Shown piece after piece: positions 10,888-22,193 of a stretch of 64,000 nt of DNA (position 1 is its first letter; each line of letters begins with the position of its first letter). The DNA comes from Carcharhinus longimanus (taxonomy: Eukaryota). A program made the position numbers and the translations under genes. Where the stretch lies: NCBI GenBank assembly GCA_030264375.1, contig JASCQW010000043.1, positions 91,987,866 to 92,051,865 of the forward strand. Direction: 5' to 3'. Under the pieces are notes generated by a model that saw only the letters and a list, made by a program, of their open reading frames with translations, was not told where the DNA came from and made no database searches.

Positions 10888-12130
10888 ATGGGCTAAAAAT
10901 TGGTTTGCCCTGTTTTTTCAATGTGGAGGTTATGATTTACAATCTGCCCTCACTGCTCCAATTTGAGGTGGGTTGCACATAGATTTTGTGCTGCAATCTT
11001 ATTTAAACGATTGTACTATAGGGCCGAGCATCTCTCATGCTACTGGTTGTTTTTGCAATGAGCCCAGTAGTATTGTGCTGATAGCACATGATGTACTCAG
11101 CCTTCTGTTCTTAAAGATGGTCCATCCTTCTTAAAGGAAAGCTGCACTTCCATGAAGGCTGCCAACAAGTGATTCTGAAATATTAATTTTGATTTGATTT
11201 ATTATTGTCACATGTAATTAGTATACAGTGAAAAGCATTGTTTCTTGCGCACTATACAGATAAAGTATATCACAGAGAAGGAAAGGAGAGAATGCAGAAT
11301 GTAGTGTCACAGTCATAGTTTGGGTGTAGAGAAAGATCAACTTAGTGCAAGATAGGTCCATTTAAAAGTCTGGTGGAAAAAGGAAGGAAGCTTGGAGCAT
11401 GAGCTTAGGAAGAGGGCATTGAAATGAAGTGATCACTCAATGGAGGTGTACTCAAGGAGAGAAACTATGTCTCCACACTGGGACCTGAAGGCTCTCACAG
11501 CAGACTTGCTGAAGGGACTCAAAGGTGTTGTCACGAGTGGTGAATGTCCAGAGTGTAGTGAAGAGGGCCTGTCATTAGTGCTGGAAGATTAATTACCTCA
11601 CCCATACAGTCAAGGTCAGTGAATACATCTTTGCACTACCTTTCATACCAACCAGACCACCAGTTTCTCACACAGCCCAATGGTATCACACCTCTTGCCA
11701 CCCACCCTGAAGTACTCACTCAACCTTAACATTCAAATATTCGACCTTACCCAAACACACCTTCCACTGCTGCCAGTCTTAGATGCACTTCTCACTGGCT
11801 CCACATTCCTCCGGCTAATCAGTTATGTCAGGAACCCAGACAGTGCTATGCAGTTACAACAGTCTCTATTTCACTTACAGGAGAAAACAGGAAGTAGTAA
11901 CTGGCTCTCAGTCCCATTCCCTGAACTGGATGATGGAGCTGGCACTTAGAATAGTGGGGTCAACCATGAGAATGCCCATGGCAACTGGCATCTTCAAGTT
12001 CAACAGGGATGATGGATGTTTTTGTCTTAAACCCTTTCTAAGCTCCCTGCTCACCATCATATTGCTATCTGGCATGAAGCAAAAGTTAAGAAGCACATCC
12101 TGTTTTCCACCCCACCCACTCCTCCCTCGC
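10888..12130 (+). mobile_element. PIF/Harbinger-like remnant with a two-exon Myb/SANT-like gene relic
   Basis: The left end is similar to 4595-4830. An exon ending ..CWK.INYLTHTVK|gtcagt (~11615) is followed by acceptor tttcacttacag|GAGAAA (11880) and TGSQSHSLNWMMELALRIVG. Confidence 0.55.
11188..11375 (-). mobile_element. Rex1/Babar-like LINE 3' fragment
   Basis: Near-identical to the 3' end of 624-1180. Confidence 0.85.
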
Positions 12131-12159
12131 CACTACCCTATAGGCAACAGATATGAGAA

Positions 12160-12427
12160 CAGGTCTGGGAGAGAGCACGGAGAAACTGGTGAGTGGACCT
12201 GACAGAAAACATGGAGAGACTGGTGTGTGGTCTGGGAGAGACTACAGAGAGACTGGTGACTGGGTCTGGGAGAGAGCCCAGAGAGAGTGGTGAGTAGGCT
12301 TGAGAAAGAACAAAGAGAGATTGGTGAGTGCACATGAGAGAGAGAGCACGGAGAGACTGGTGAGCGCACCTGAGAAAGAGCATGGAGGACTGGTGTGTGG
12401 GCCTGAGAGAGAGCACAGAGAGACTGA
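12160..12427. repeat. ~34-bp minisatellite, ~8 units
   Basis: Unit approx. TGGGTCTGAGAGAGAGCACGGAGAGACTGGTGAG. A further unit occurs at ~12778-12812, beyond the Rex insertion. Confidence 0.85.
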
Positions 12428-12428
12428 C

Positions 12429-12702
12429 TTTTGATTTGATTTATTATTGTCATACGTATTAGTATACAGTGAAAAGAATTGTTTCTTGTGTGTTACATAG
12501 ACAAAGCATACCATTCATAGAGAAGAAAATGAGAGAATGCAGAATGCAGTGTTATAGTCATAGTTAGGGTATAGAGAAAGATCAACTTAATGCAAAGTAG
12601 GTCCATTCAAAAGTCTGATGGCAGCAGGGAAGAAGCTGTTCTTGAGTTGGTTGGTACATGTCCTCAAACTTTTGTATCTTTTTCCCGATGGAAGAAGGTG
12701 GC
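12429..12702 (-). mobile_element. Rex1/Babar-like LINE 3' fragment
   Basis: Near-identical to 624-890. Confidence 0.88.
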
Positions 12703-13352
12703 ATTACTAGAGAGTTTAAAAGAGTTAGAATGAAGTTTTAGAAGCATAGAACGAGAGTAAAATATAGAAATAGAAGGTGTGAGTCCATCTGAGAGACAGC
12801 ACAGAGAGACCAGCAGCAGGCATGAAAAGATCAAAACCCGCAAACAACATTCTAAAGAAAATCAAAGTCTGATGTTACAGGCAAGTAGATAAGTGATTAA
12901 TTGATAAGTAATTTTCTCTTTTTGCTTTCTAAACTAGAAGCTGGAAATTAAAATTTCAACCAGGGCTGAATTAATATGAGCATAAGCATAGAGCAGGTCT
13001 TGAGGTAATAATTACTGACTAAATCAGCCTTCTCAGGCCTTTTCATGTGAGAAGCCACATTTCAATTTTTTTTCACTTGGGACCTATGGGCAAATTTCAG
13101 AAAAATATGGTTTGGCATAACATTAAACATGAATTTCAAAAAAGAAGTTGAAGTAAAGAAACAATTAACTGAGTAAAAAAAGTCAAATCAATAAATTGAT
13201 AGTTTTTAAAAATTAATAATGAGTAAAGATGACCATGAGAGTGTGAATATGTGTTGCGATGTGTGTGAGTGAGAATCCTAAGCCTGCGAGTTGGCCAGAC
13301 ACGCTCTGCACAAATTCATTTTCACACTCTCTCTTCACCCCACCTTTGTTTT

Positions 13353-13670
13353 AATTCATTCATGGGATGTGAGTGTCGCTGGTTGGGCGGGCATTTGTTG
13401 CCATTATAGAAGGCATTTAAGAATCAACCACATTGCTGTGGATCTAGAGTCACATATAGGCAAGGCCAGGTAAGGATGGCAGATTTCCTTCCCTAAAAGA
13501 CATGGGCTTTTACAATGGCCAACAATGGNNNNNNCATTAGACTTTTAGTTTCAGATATTTAGTGAATTCAAATTTTATCATCTGCCATGGTGAGATTTGA
13601 ACCCCCATCCCCAGAACATTACCCTAGATCTTTGGATTACTGGTCCAATGACAATTCCACTATACCACCA
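13353..13670 (-). mobile_element. tRNA-derived SINE with LINE-shared body and tail
   Basis: Minus strand shows A-box TGGTATAGTGG and B-box GGTTCAAATCT. The tail ..CACATCCCATGAATGAAT is shared with LINE 3' ends at 15565-15640, 19315-19420 and 46568. Confidence 0.85.
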
Positions 13671-13781
13671 ATGCACCCCCAGGTTCTCACTGGACAGTTT
13701 CTAATGACCCCATCGCTCCCCTACTAGCCTAGCTCTCTCTCTCTCTTTCTTTCCCTCTCTGAAACCATCTTCATTCTATGA

Positions 13782-14375
13782 CTCTAACAAGGAAAGGTGC
13801 ATTGCTGGATCTGCTGCTGGAAAATGAGTCTGGTTAAGTGTCTATGGAGGAACATTTAGGTAAGAGTGATCATTGTATCATAAGGTTTACACTGGTAACG
13901 GAGAAAAGTAAGGACCAATGTAAAGAATGTCTAGATTGGGAAAGAGCTATGAGAAATGATCCAGCCAGCCTAAAATGGAACCAAACATTGACAGGAGAAA
14001 CTGTAACAGAATGATAGGTGATCATGAAGGAAGAAATACTTCAGGTACAATACAAGCTAGGTATATTCCAACTGCAGCACTAGTGAAGAAAGCCAAAAAT
14101 AGGCTTCTTTTCATGACAAGGGATATGAAGTAAAAAATGATGCATTTCAGGTGAATTCTTCAGGTGAGAACCTGGCCAAATACAGTATTTGAAAGGAAAG
14201 GGAAGAAGAACGTTAAGAGTGGCAAAAAGAGGATAAGAGAAAAGAATGGTAGTATGCATTAAAAAGACCTCAAAATCCTCCAACAGTAATTGGATAGTTA
14301 AGAGATGGAGGGGTCCTATTAGGGACAAAGAAAGTGATATGTGCTTAGAAGAGCAGGACAAGGCTGCAGTACTAC
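13782..14375 (+). mobile_element. CR1 ORF2 fragment (endonuclease C-terminus and linker)
   Basis: TRKGALLDLLLENESG*VSMEEHLGKSDHCIIRF (the LDL...SDH motif of APE endonucleases). Confidence 0.8.
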
Positions 14376-15994
14376 ATGTCATTGTTTATTTTTTATAAAG
14401 CAACATAGTCATAGTCTTTTTCACTGAGATTCTGTCTATTGTATCACAGCTCTGTCAATGACCAGTCTCTTTTTCCTAAACTCCAACTTTGCTCTTCCAG
14501 TGAAATTCCATGGAGGGGCCCAGAGACTCTTCTCTCCATAATGCCCTCTACCCTGCTGAAGAGCCATGCTTCAGAACAAGCTGATATGATTGATTAAGTT
14601 GAAACTAGCCAAAGTGTCTTTCACAAAGTGCCCCAAGATGGTTCTTCTGGACACAGGTACTTTGGAATGGGAAGTCTGACAAGGATTTCAAATGAACCAG
14701 ACTGGTGAATGTGGAACTGACAGCTCAACCATTTGCATGCTAATTTTCACGTGGCTTAACTTGCCAACAGACTGTAGCAGTGAGCCGCCCTTGCCCGTTT
14801 TGAAAAAAAATGCTTGACTGATCTAGTTGAGTTAATGAGCAAATTATGGTAATTTTGTTATTACAAATGCACAGAAATTTGGGGAACAATTTATTCCTAG
14901 TTTGATAAATACTGATATTCCATTGATTACCATTGGCTATAATGTTTTTCTCACCTTAAAACATTTTTAAAATAAGGTTTTTTTTGGTAAAATCTCACAG
15001 TTAGATTACAGCAGACAGTACAAGCTTTTGGACACAGTCTTGGTCAGTAATGTGAAATAGATTCTCAGCAAATTGGGCATCCATTTTGCTCTGCCTGGAT
15101 TTCCTTTTCCAATTGGAGTCAGCGGCTGAGAAAATTGGGCACAGTTGTAAACCATGGTGAGTAAGCAGTCTCTCTTCCCAAACATGCTCTGCCAGCTAGT
15201 GAAGAGCCTCATTCACAGATGGCACTAACTGAGAATCGCAGATGGATGGCCACGTTGAAAACTATGGGCAAAATTATCTCTTGGTACATGTGCGTGTGAT
15301 TCTACACAGGAAGAGTGCATTTGTAAGATCTGTACTTATACCAGAACAAGGTGGACAGAGAAAGTACTCCAGGACTGAAACAACAGATTTAATAAAATAC
15401 ATCTGCCTGAACCGAGGTAGGAATTGGTGAGAATTCAGCAGAGTGATTAAGTGAAACAGTACGCCTATTTTATTTCAATCACATTGTTTCAACATGTACA
15501 AAAAAGATAAATTTTGTTTTGGAAGGCGTGTAACCATCATATTAACATTAAATTACTAGTCTTCACAAGGGCAATTAGGGATGGGCACAAACACTGGCCT
15601 TGCCTGTGATGCCCATATCCCATAAAATAATTTTTAAAAATAGACCCACAGCTGTAAGCATCATGAAAGGTTTGTGCAATGTTTATCAGCACTGTATTCG
15701 TATCCACTCCCCTGGGGAATCAATATATTATTTGGGATGGATTTTCAAGATTGGTATGTGTCACAAACTTTGGTGACATTTTTAATTTTTCCTTGTTTGT
15801 TGATCATTATTTTCTATCACTGTTAATTCTGTGCCTGCCAAGTGGATGATTGAATGTGTGAATGAGAGACAGGCAGACACAGGAGACAGATGCAAAGGAA
15901 GGAAGAGAGAAAAACAAAGAAAGAAATACAAAGAAGGAGAGACACATACATGGAGAGTGAGGTTTAGAGAGACAGAAAAATAGAAAATCAGATA

Positions 15995-16134
15995 CATGCC
16001 CAGATTTTCCGATCCTGCCCACCACAGGAATTGTCGAGGGTGGGACAGAAAATTTGACGGACCAGCGAAAGGTCCATTGACTTTGAGTGAGAATTTCTGA
16101 TTCCACGGCGGGCAAGGCCAGGGAATTCTGCCGA
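15995..16134. mobile_element. MITE (same family as 8340-8462)
   Basis: Imperfect TIRs CCCAGATTTTCCGATCCTGCCCACC / GGCGGGCAAGGCCAGGGAATTCTGCCG, with TA flanks. Confidence 0.65.
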
Positions 16135-16159
16135 TAGAATTACATAGCAAATCAAACAC

Positions 16160-16860
16160 AGAAAAAAGCCATTTAACACAGCCAGCTCCACTTATACCTC
16201 CTCCCATCTTTCCTCAGCTAACATTTATCAGCATTTCACTTCTCTCTCATATACCTATCCAGCTTCCCTTAAATGTGTCCATATTATTTGCTTCAACTAT
16301 TCCCTGCAGTAGTGGGCTCTGCATTGGGTAAAGGGGTTTCTTTTGAATCCTCTATTTGGTTTCCTGGCGACTATCCTATATTGATGGGCTCTAATTTTGC
16401 TTCTCCCCTCAAGTGCAAACATTCTCTCTGTGTCTATTCTATTGTAACCTACAATAATATTAAATGCCTTTGTTAGGTCACCCCTCAGCCATATCCATTT
16501 GACGTCAAAGGAGATGCAACTTGTTCATCCTTTCCTGGCAAGTACAATATTTCTAATGCCACTTTTGTTAAAGGAAACATTCTGACTGGCCTTGCCAATG
16601 TCCTTTTAACAATATGACACAAGCAGATAGATGTGTACACAGTATCCAAATGTGAGATAACCAAGGTTCAGAACAAGTTTAGCATAACTTCTCTACTTTT
16701 CAATTCTGTCCCTCTAGAAATAAATGTTTCTGCTGAATTTGTTTTTTCATGGCCATACTAACCATATAATTTTAGTAATTTGTGCTCCCAGATTCTTTTG
16801 TTCCTCTACCCTATTTAAATTTTTATTTTCTAATGTTTGACCTCCTTATTTTCTTAGTTG
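16160..16860 (-). mobile_element. Old CR1 3' fragment
   Basis: GGTCACCCCTCAGCC and CACAGTATCCAAATGTGAGATAACCAAGGTT..AGCATAACTTC correspond to the CR1 RLRGDL and LYxxLVRPHLEYC regions. Confidence 0.7.
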
Positions 16861-17252
16861 CAATTGCTGGCTTTGCAGTCAGTCAGTAAACTAGTGTTTG
16901 GCTTATTATTGTTCATGTAACACTGAGTCACATCATTAATAAATAGCACTGAAAACTAATTTGTTAAGGGTCATTTAAAAATAAAATGCATGTTTTCATT
17001 AAAAACAAATTACCGGTCTTCTTAAAGGACAGCTGGGCTTCTGAGTCCTGTTTAATGACTAGATTTTCTACCCACATCACTATCTTGAACATCAAACCCT
17101 TTTTCTGTCGCTGAATGTTGAACGTCCCAGGAGATTAGTAAATCTGACAGTTAAGTGAAAGAAGAAATATTAGAGATGTATCTAAGTGTTTTATCCCTGT
17201 GGAGAAGTGTCTAACTGTATAGAGGTTAATGAGACCAGTGTCTTCACTCCTA

Positions 17253-17525
<273 letters not shown>

Positions 17526-17744
17526 TTAAATATGTCTCTGACACTAATGCCTGCGGCTCGTGCTATGATCAGGTCCCCACACCACCAACACTGTGAAAGC
17601 TGCTGTAATGACAACCTCTGGGACTGATGTCCGGTGGTCTTTCTAGGTAGGTGGTCTCTTAATGCAGGTCCATGCACTGACTTATCATTGAGGCTGACAT
17701 GACATCAGGTAAAATGAGGTAAGCACTGCTTTAATATGTTGCCA

Positions 17745-17920
17745 GGATGAGGGGATATAGTGAGATTACAGAATGAGGGAACACAATGAGATAATAGAAT
17801 GGGTACATTGAGACTAAAGACACAGATTTATTTAGATCTTGGACAGATGGGTTACAGTGAAATTACAGACAAAGTGGATATGATTAGACTATAGACAAAA
17901 ATAGAATAGTTAGATAACAC
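17745..17920. repeat. Diverged short-period tandem repeat (~25-28 bp, GGGTACAGTGAGATTACAGA core)
   Basis: About six visible imperfect units. Confidence 0.6.
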
Positions 17921-17964
17921 CTATCACTATAAAAGACTACGCAGCTAAGCCACCAGTCGTCATC

Positions 17965-18542
17965 AACAGGGACCCACCTGAGATGTGTTGCGTGAAGAGT
18001 TGAATGCTCGAGATTTCTGTTACCATGATAGGGTACATACCTGAGCGATTTTCACTCTGAAGAGTGAAAATTTTCACCTGAAGAGGTACCATGCCTGTTG
18101 TGGTGAAAGGGTACACACCCAAAATGCCTGTTAATTTCAAGGGATGTACACAGTCCAAATATCTGTTATTTTAGAAGGTCACTCATCCCAAATGTATGCT
18201 GTTTTCAAAGGGGTACACACTTAATTTGATGTGAAGATATCATAATCAAGACTCCTATTGTTATGAAGAGATGGATATTATTAAAAAGGGATGCACATCC
18301 AAATGTCTGCTGTCACGGATGGATACAAACTGGAGATGACTTTTATGAAGGATATTCACCCAAGATGTCTACAATTATGACAAAGTATACACCCAACTCG
18401 TCAGTTGTTAGCAGGAAGTACCCATGTGAGACTCCTGTTGCTATGAAAGGGAATGCACTGTCAGTGCCTATTATTTTGATACACCCGAGATGCACACCCA
18501 AAAATGCCTCTTCATGTGAAGGGCCACACAGTGAAATGTCAT
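17965..18542. repeat. Diverged ~33-bp minisatellite
   Basis: Recurrent unit approx. GAAGGGGTACACACCCAAGATGCCTGTTGTTAT. Confidence 0.8.
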
Positions 18543-20214
18543 AAACTGACTTTTTCTCCAGATTTTATCAGTTTCCAGTATTTATTTTTGCCTCCTTTTT
18601 ATTTCACGTAAGCTTAAGGCAGACAGGGGATTCTGGGACAATAATGACCCTGGCCCAAGCTGGGTGTGACTTTATATAAAGGTGGGTTTCCAGCAGCTTT
18701 GGGACTGTGTGCCGGTGTCACACAGCTGTGTTTGGCATTGACTTGAATCACCAGATACCAGCCAATACTACCAATATTTGTATGACACGGTACAATGAAC
18801 AATCTACTTGCCAAGTTAATAGGATGGCAAGTGAAGCAATTACTAATGTGATGACTAGTAATGATTGCCTGGGCTTCTGGAAGCTTCACCAAGGCTTATT
18901 GTTGATGTGCTAGCTTGGGCAATACATGCATGATGACTAAATCCTTAATATACTATGGGCATTTTTTCCTGCTTAGTCTTTCATACAACTATTAGAAGAA
19001 TCCAAACCTTGGATTCTAGTCTGACTAATAGGCATGAAAATCGATAATTATTGAGCCCAATTATTAACAGCTTTAGTGAAGCAGGTTTTTTAGTTGCATA
19101 TTAATGTGTATCTGGTGCTAGGGCCAAAGTTGCTATTGCTCTTTTTATTCCATTGTTTGAATTAAATAGTTCATATTCCCAGCCCCTGTTTTTCAATTTA
19201 GTTTTTCAGCCTGTTTCAGTGAAAGAAAATGATTTCATCAGAATCATGGCACAATTATCCACAAGCTGGGAACATTCATACTCAACTGAGTGGAGCAGAA
19301 GTAGATTTTTAAACATTATTTCACAGGATATGGGTCTATTTGGCTGGGTCAACATTTATTGCCCATCCCTAATTGCCTTTGTGAAGGTGGCGAGCTGCCT
19401 TCTTAAAACGCTGCAATCCATTCAAGTGTCCGATTAGAGTCACTGAGTTTGATCACTGGTTTTATTTGCCCATTGTTACATTATGAAAGGAGGACAGAAA
19501 ACTTGCTCTGTTCTGTCTATGAAGAAAGCTTAAAGGACTGATTCTTATGACCCTTAGATTCAATTTTGCCCTCTCCTGGCAGCTTAATCAAGGATTCTCT
19601 GCAAAGCCCTCAGAGGATTTAGTATAGCGCAAATTCACAGGAGACAGTTTAAGAGTGGCACGGACAAATTGGAACGGACATTGACAATCGGCACAAGGAA
19701 ATATGCTTCTGCAGACTCAAATTTCAAATGCCATTCACTGATTCCACCCGATTAACTTATTGGGCTAAAAACAAGCAAAGGAGTGTCGGGGGAACAGAAG
19801 CTCTCTTGATGTACAGAAGTCCACAGATAGCTCTGCTATACTTGGAATATGGCTGCTTACAGACTAAAAGGGCAGTGGTGTAGTATACAGACACACTTTC
19901 ACACAGAAAGAGATTTACAACAGTTGTCTCCGTTCTCACATTAGCAACGCCTCAGCAAGTATACAACATATGACTAACTTTTCACTCAGGTCGACAGTTA
20001 AAGCCCCATCATATCTAAGCAGAGAGGGGGACAACTGGGATTATCCTGCATTGACAGTGTTGATGATAAATGCCTCTCCTGGGTACGTTGCGGGAAAATA
20101 CAACAGCATTTGGTTCAATCGGTCTTTTCTGCCCTCTGTTACGTGGAAAATAACAGCATCTGCTGATCCATGTTGTTTTCCATCAAGTTGCCCATCTTGC
20201 TTACCTCAGATGGC

Positions 20215-20430
20215 TCGACAAATAACTGTATCATCATGTGTGGTGATACTGAACCATATAAATCCCAGTTTCCATCGCCAATCTGTGACAGAATTTCACA
20301 TTCTGCCGCAGCTTCGGCTACAACGTTTCAGATATTACAGTAGCGACTACACTTATAAAGTATTTCATTGATTGTAAATGTTTTGTGATGTCCTGAAATC
20401 ATGGAAGGCGCTCTATAAATGCAAGACTTC
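20215..20430 (+). mobile_element. DeuSINE-like 3' fragment
   Basis: ..ACTTATAAAGTATTTCATTGATTGTAAATG..AAGGCGCTCTATAAATGCAAG tail, the reverse complement of 26894-27010. Confidence 0.65.
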
Positions 20431-21365
20431 TCTTTTCCCTTTCCAATAAGGCGTAGATTTCACGGGCAATGTATCTTGGGAAATTGCTGGCATTTAGATC
20501 ACGAGATTAAATAATGAGAAACTGTTTCCACTGGCACCAGGGAAACACAGCTTTATGATAATTGGCAAAAGAATCAGTGGCAAATGAGGAGAATGTTCTT
20601 GTGCAGCACGATGTTTACAATGAGAAATACACTATCCAAAAGGTAGTAAGTAGCCCAGTCCAACGCCGGCAACTCCACATCAAAAGTCTGTGTGTGAAGA
20701 TGTGCTTAGAAAAATGTTCGGAATTAGAGACGATATTCTAGTTAATGCTAAGTCAATGCTTTATAAATGTTCATTAATATTTCTTTGTTTTTGTACTCTA
20801 TGCCTTTAATTATAAAACCCAGGATCCCATATGCACTTTTTCAATCTGCCCTGCTACCTACAATAATTTGTGCACATGTATTCCCAGCTGGTCTGTTTAG
20901 TGCTGAACTCCCTTTAGAATTGTACCCTTTAATTCAAATTACCCCACCTCGTTCTTACTACCCAAAATGTAACACTTCTGCAATGAATTTCATCTGTTGC
21001 CAGACTGCCCTTTCCATCAGCCTATGTCCTCAGCTATGACTTCCCATTCATTCATTTTGATGGAGTGAAAACAAGATGTCTGGATTTTTCTTTGAGACTC
21101 GGGCACACAGAGTCAGGAGAATTCCCTGCGTCACGCACCCAACTTTTTAAAGCTGGCTGCCCTCAACATCAGATTTTCGGTCAGGGGCACAGGCTATATT
21201 AGAATTTGGGGCAGGTGACCCCTGAGGTAGTGAGAAAGATGCTGGATGTAGAGACTGTTTGGGCAGAAGGCCTACCTCGCAGTTCTGTCACTGTGTCCAA
21301 ATTGTGAAAAACAGAAGAACATTAAACATGCCTTCCATCCTGAAGGTGGGATTTTACAGCCCTAG

Positions 21366-21512
21366 GACCATAAGAAATAGGAGTATGCCATTTGGCTCCT
21401 CGACCCTGCTCTGTCATTCAATAGATCATCGCTGATCCGACAACATTCCTTCCATCTACTTTCCTGCCCTATTCCAATAACCCTCGACTCCTGATTACTG
21501 ATCAAAAATCAG
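21366..21512 (-). mobile_element. CR1 3' tail fragment
   Basis: CATAAGAAATAGGAG..GCCATTTGGCTCCTCGACCCTGCTCTG..TTCAATAGATCAT, similar to 47860-47980 and 48952-49100. Confidence 0.75.
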
Positions 21513-21769
21513 CCAAATCTCCCTCACGCTGCCCAGGCCCCATACATGCCAACCCATGCCACCTCATGCATTGTATCCACCCAAAGGCCCCTTATACCCT
21601 CCATACCAACTTCAGTCTCTATACATACCCCTTTGCCCTTTATAACAACTATGCCAACTTAGTGTCAACCCATATCCCCACCCAGCACCCTTTGCCCTTA
21701 CACCAACAGCAGACCACAGGACCTATGAAGAGATGAGATAAAGGTAAATATTTATAAAATAAAGTTCTA

Positions 21770-22193
21770 AGGCCAGGTTTTTGTGACTCCCTCATGACGG
21801 GAGATTTGGCAGCTCAACTAAAAGTCATAGAATCACTACAGTGCAGAAGGAGGCCAGTTGGCCCATCAAGTCTGCACTGACCACAATCCCACCCAGACCC
21901 TATTCCCATACCCCCTCATATTTACCTTGCTAATCCCCCTGATAATAGGGTTAATTTAGCATGGCCAATCAACATATTTGGAGTGTGGGGGGAAACCGGA
22001 GCACAAAGAGGAAACCCATGCAACATGAGGAGAATGTGCAAACTCCACACAGACAGTGACCCAAGACTGGAATTGAACCCAGGTCTGTGGCGCTGTGAGG
22101 CAGCAGCGCTAACCACTGTGCCGCCCAGAAGTCCACTGACTTTCAGTGGGACTGGATAATTCCAACAGCCAGCAGGGCCGGAAAATCCCACCC
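21770..22193. mobile_element. MITE split by a V-SINE insertion
   Basis: Left half AGGCCAGGTTTTTG.. and right half ..GGGCCGGAAAATCCCACCC. The internal AAGTCCACTGACTTT motif is shared with 15995-16134. Confidence 0.65.
21826..22126 (-). mobile_element. Full-length V-SINE (HE1-like)
   Basis: Head GGGCGGCACAGTGGTTAGCGCTGCTGCCTCACAGCGCC..GGGTTCAATTCC, V domain, and CR1-type tail ..GATTCTATG. TSD-like AAAAGTC/AGAAGTC. Confidence 0.92.

Noticed and set aside
13585-13670. tRNA-like A/B boxes (also at 22060-22126, 27220-27285, 29230-29290)
   Set aside because: These are SINE heads continuous with SINE bodies, not cloverleaf tRNA genes.
17965-18542. CRISPR-like appearance of a ~33-bp periodic array
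   Set aside because: Units are contiguous diverged copies with no unique spacers, there are no cas genes, and the context is vertebrate.
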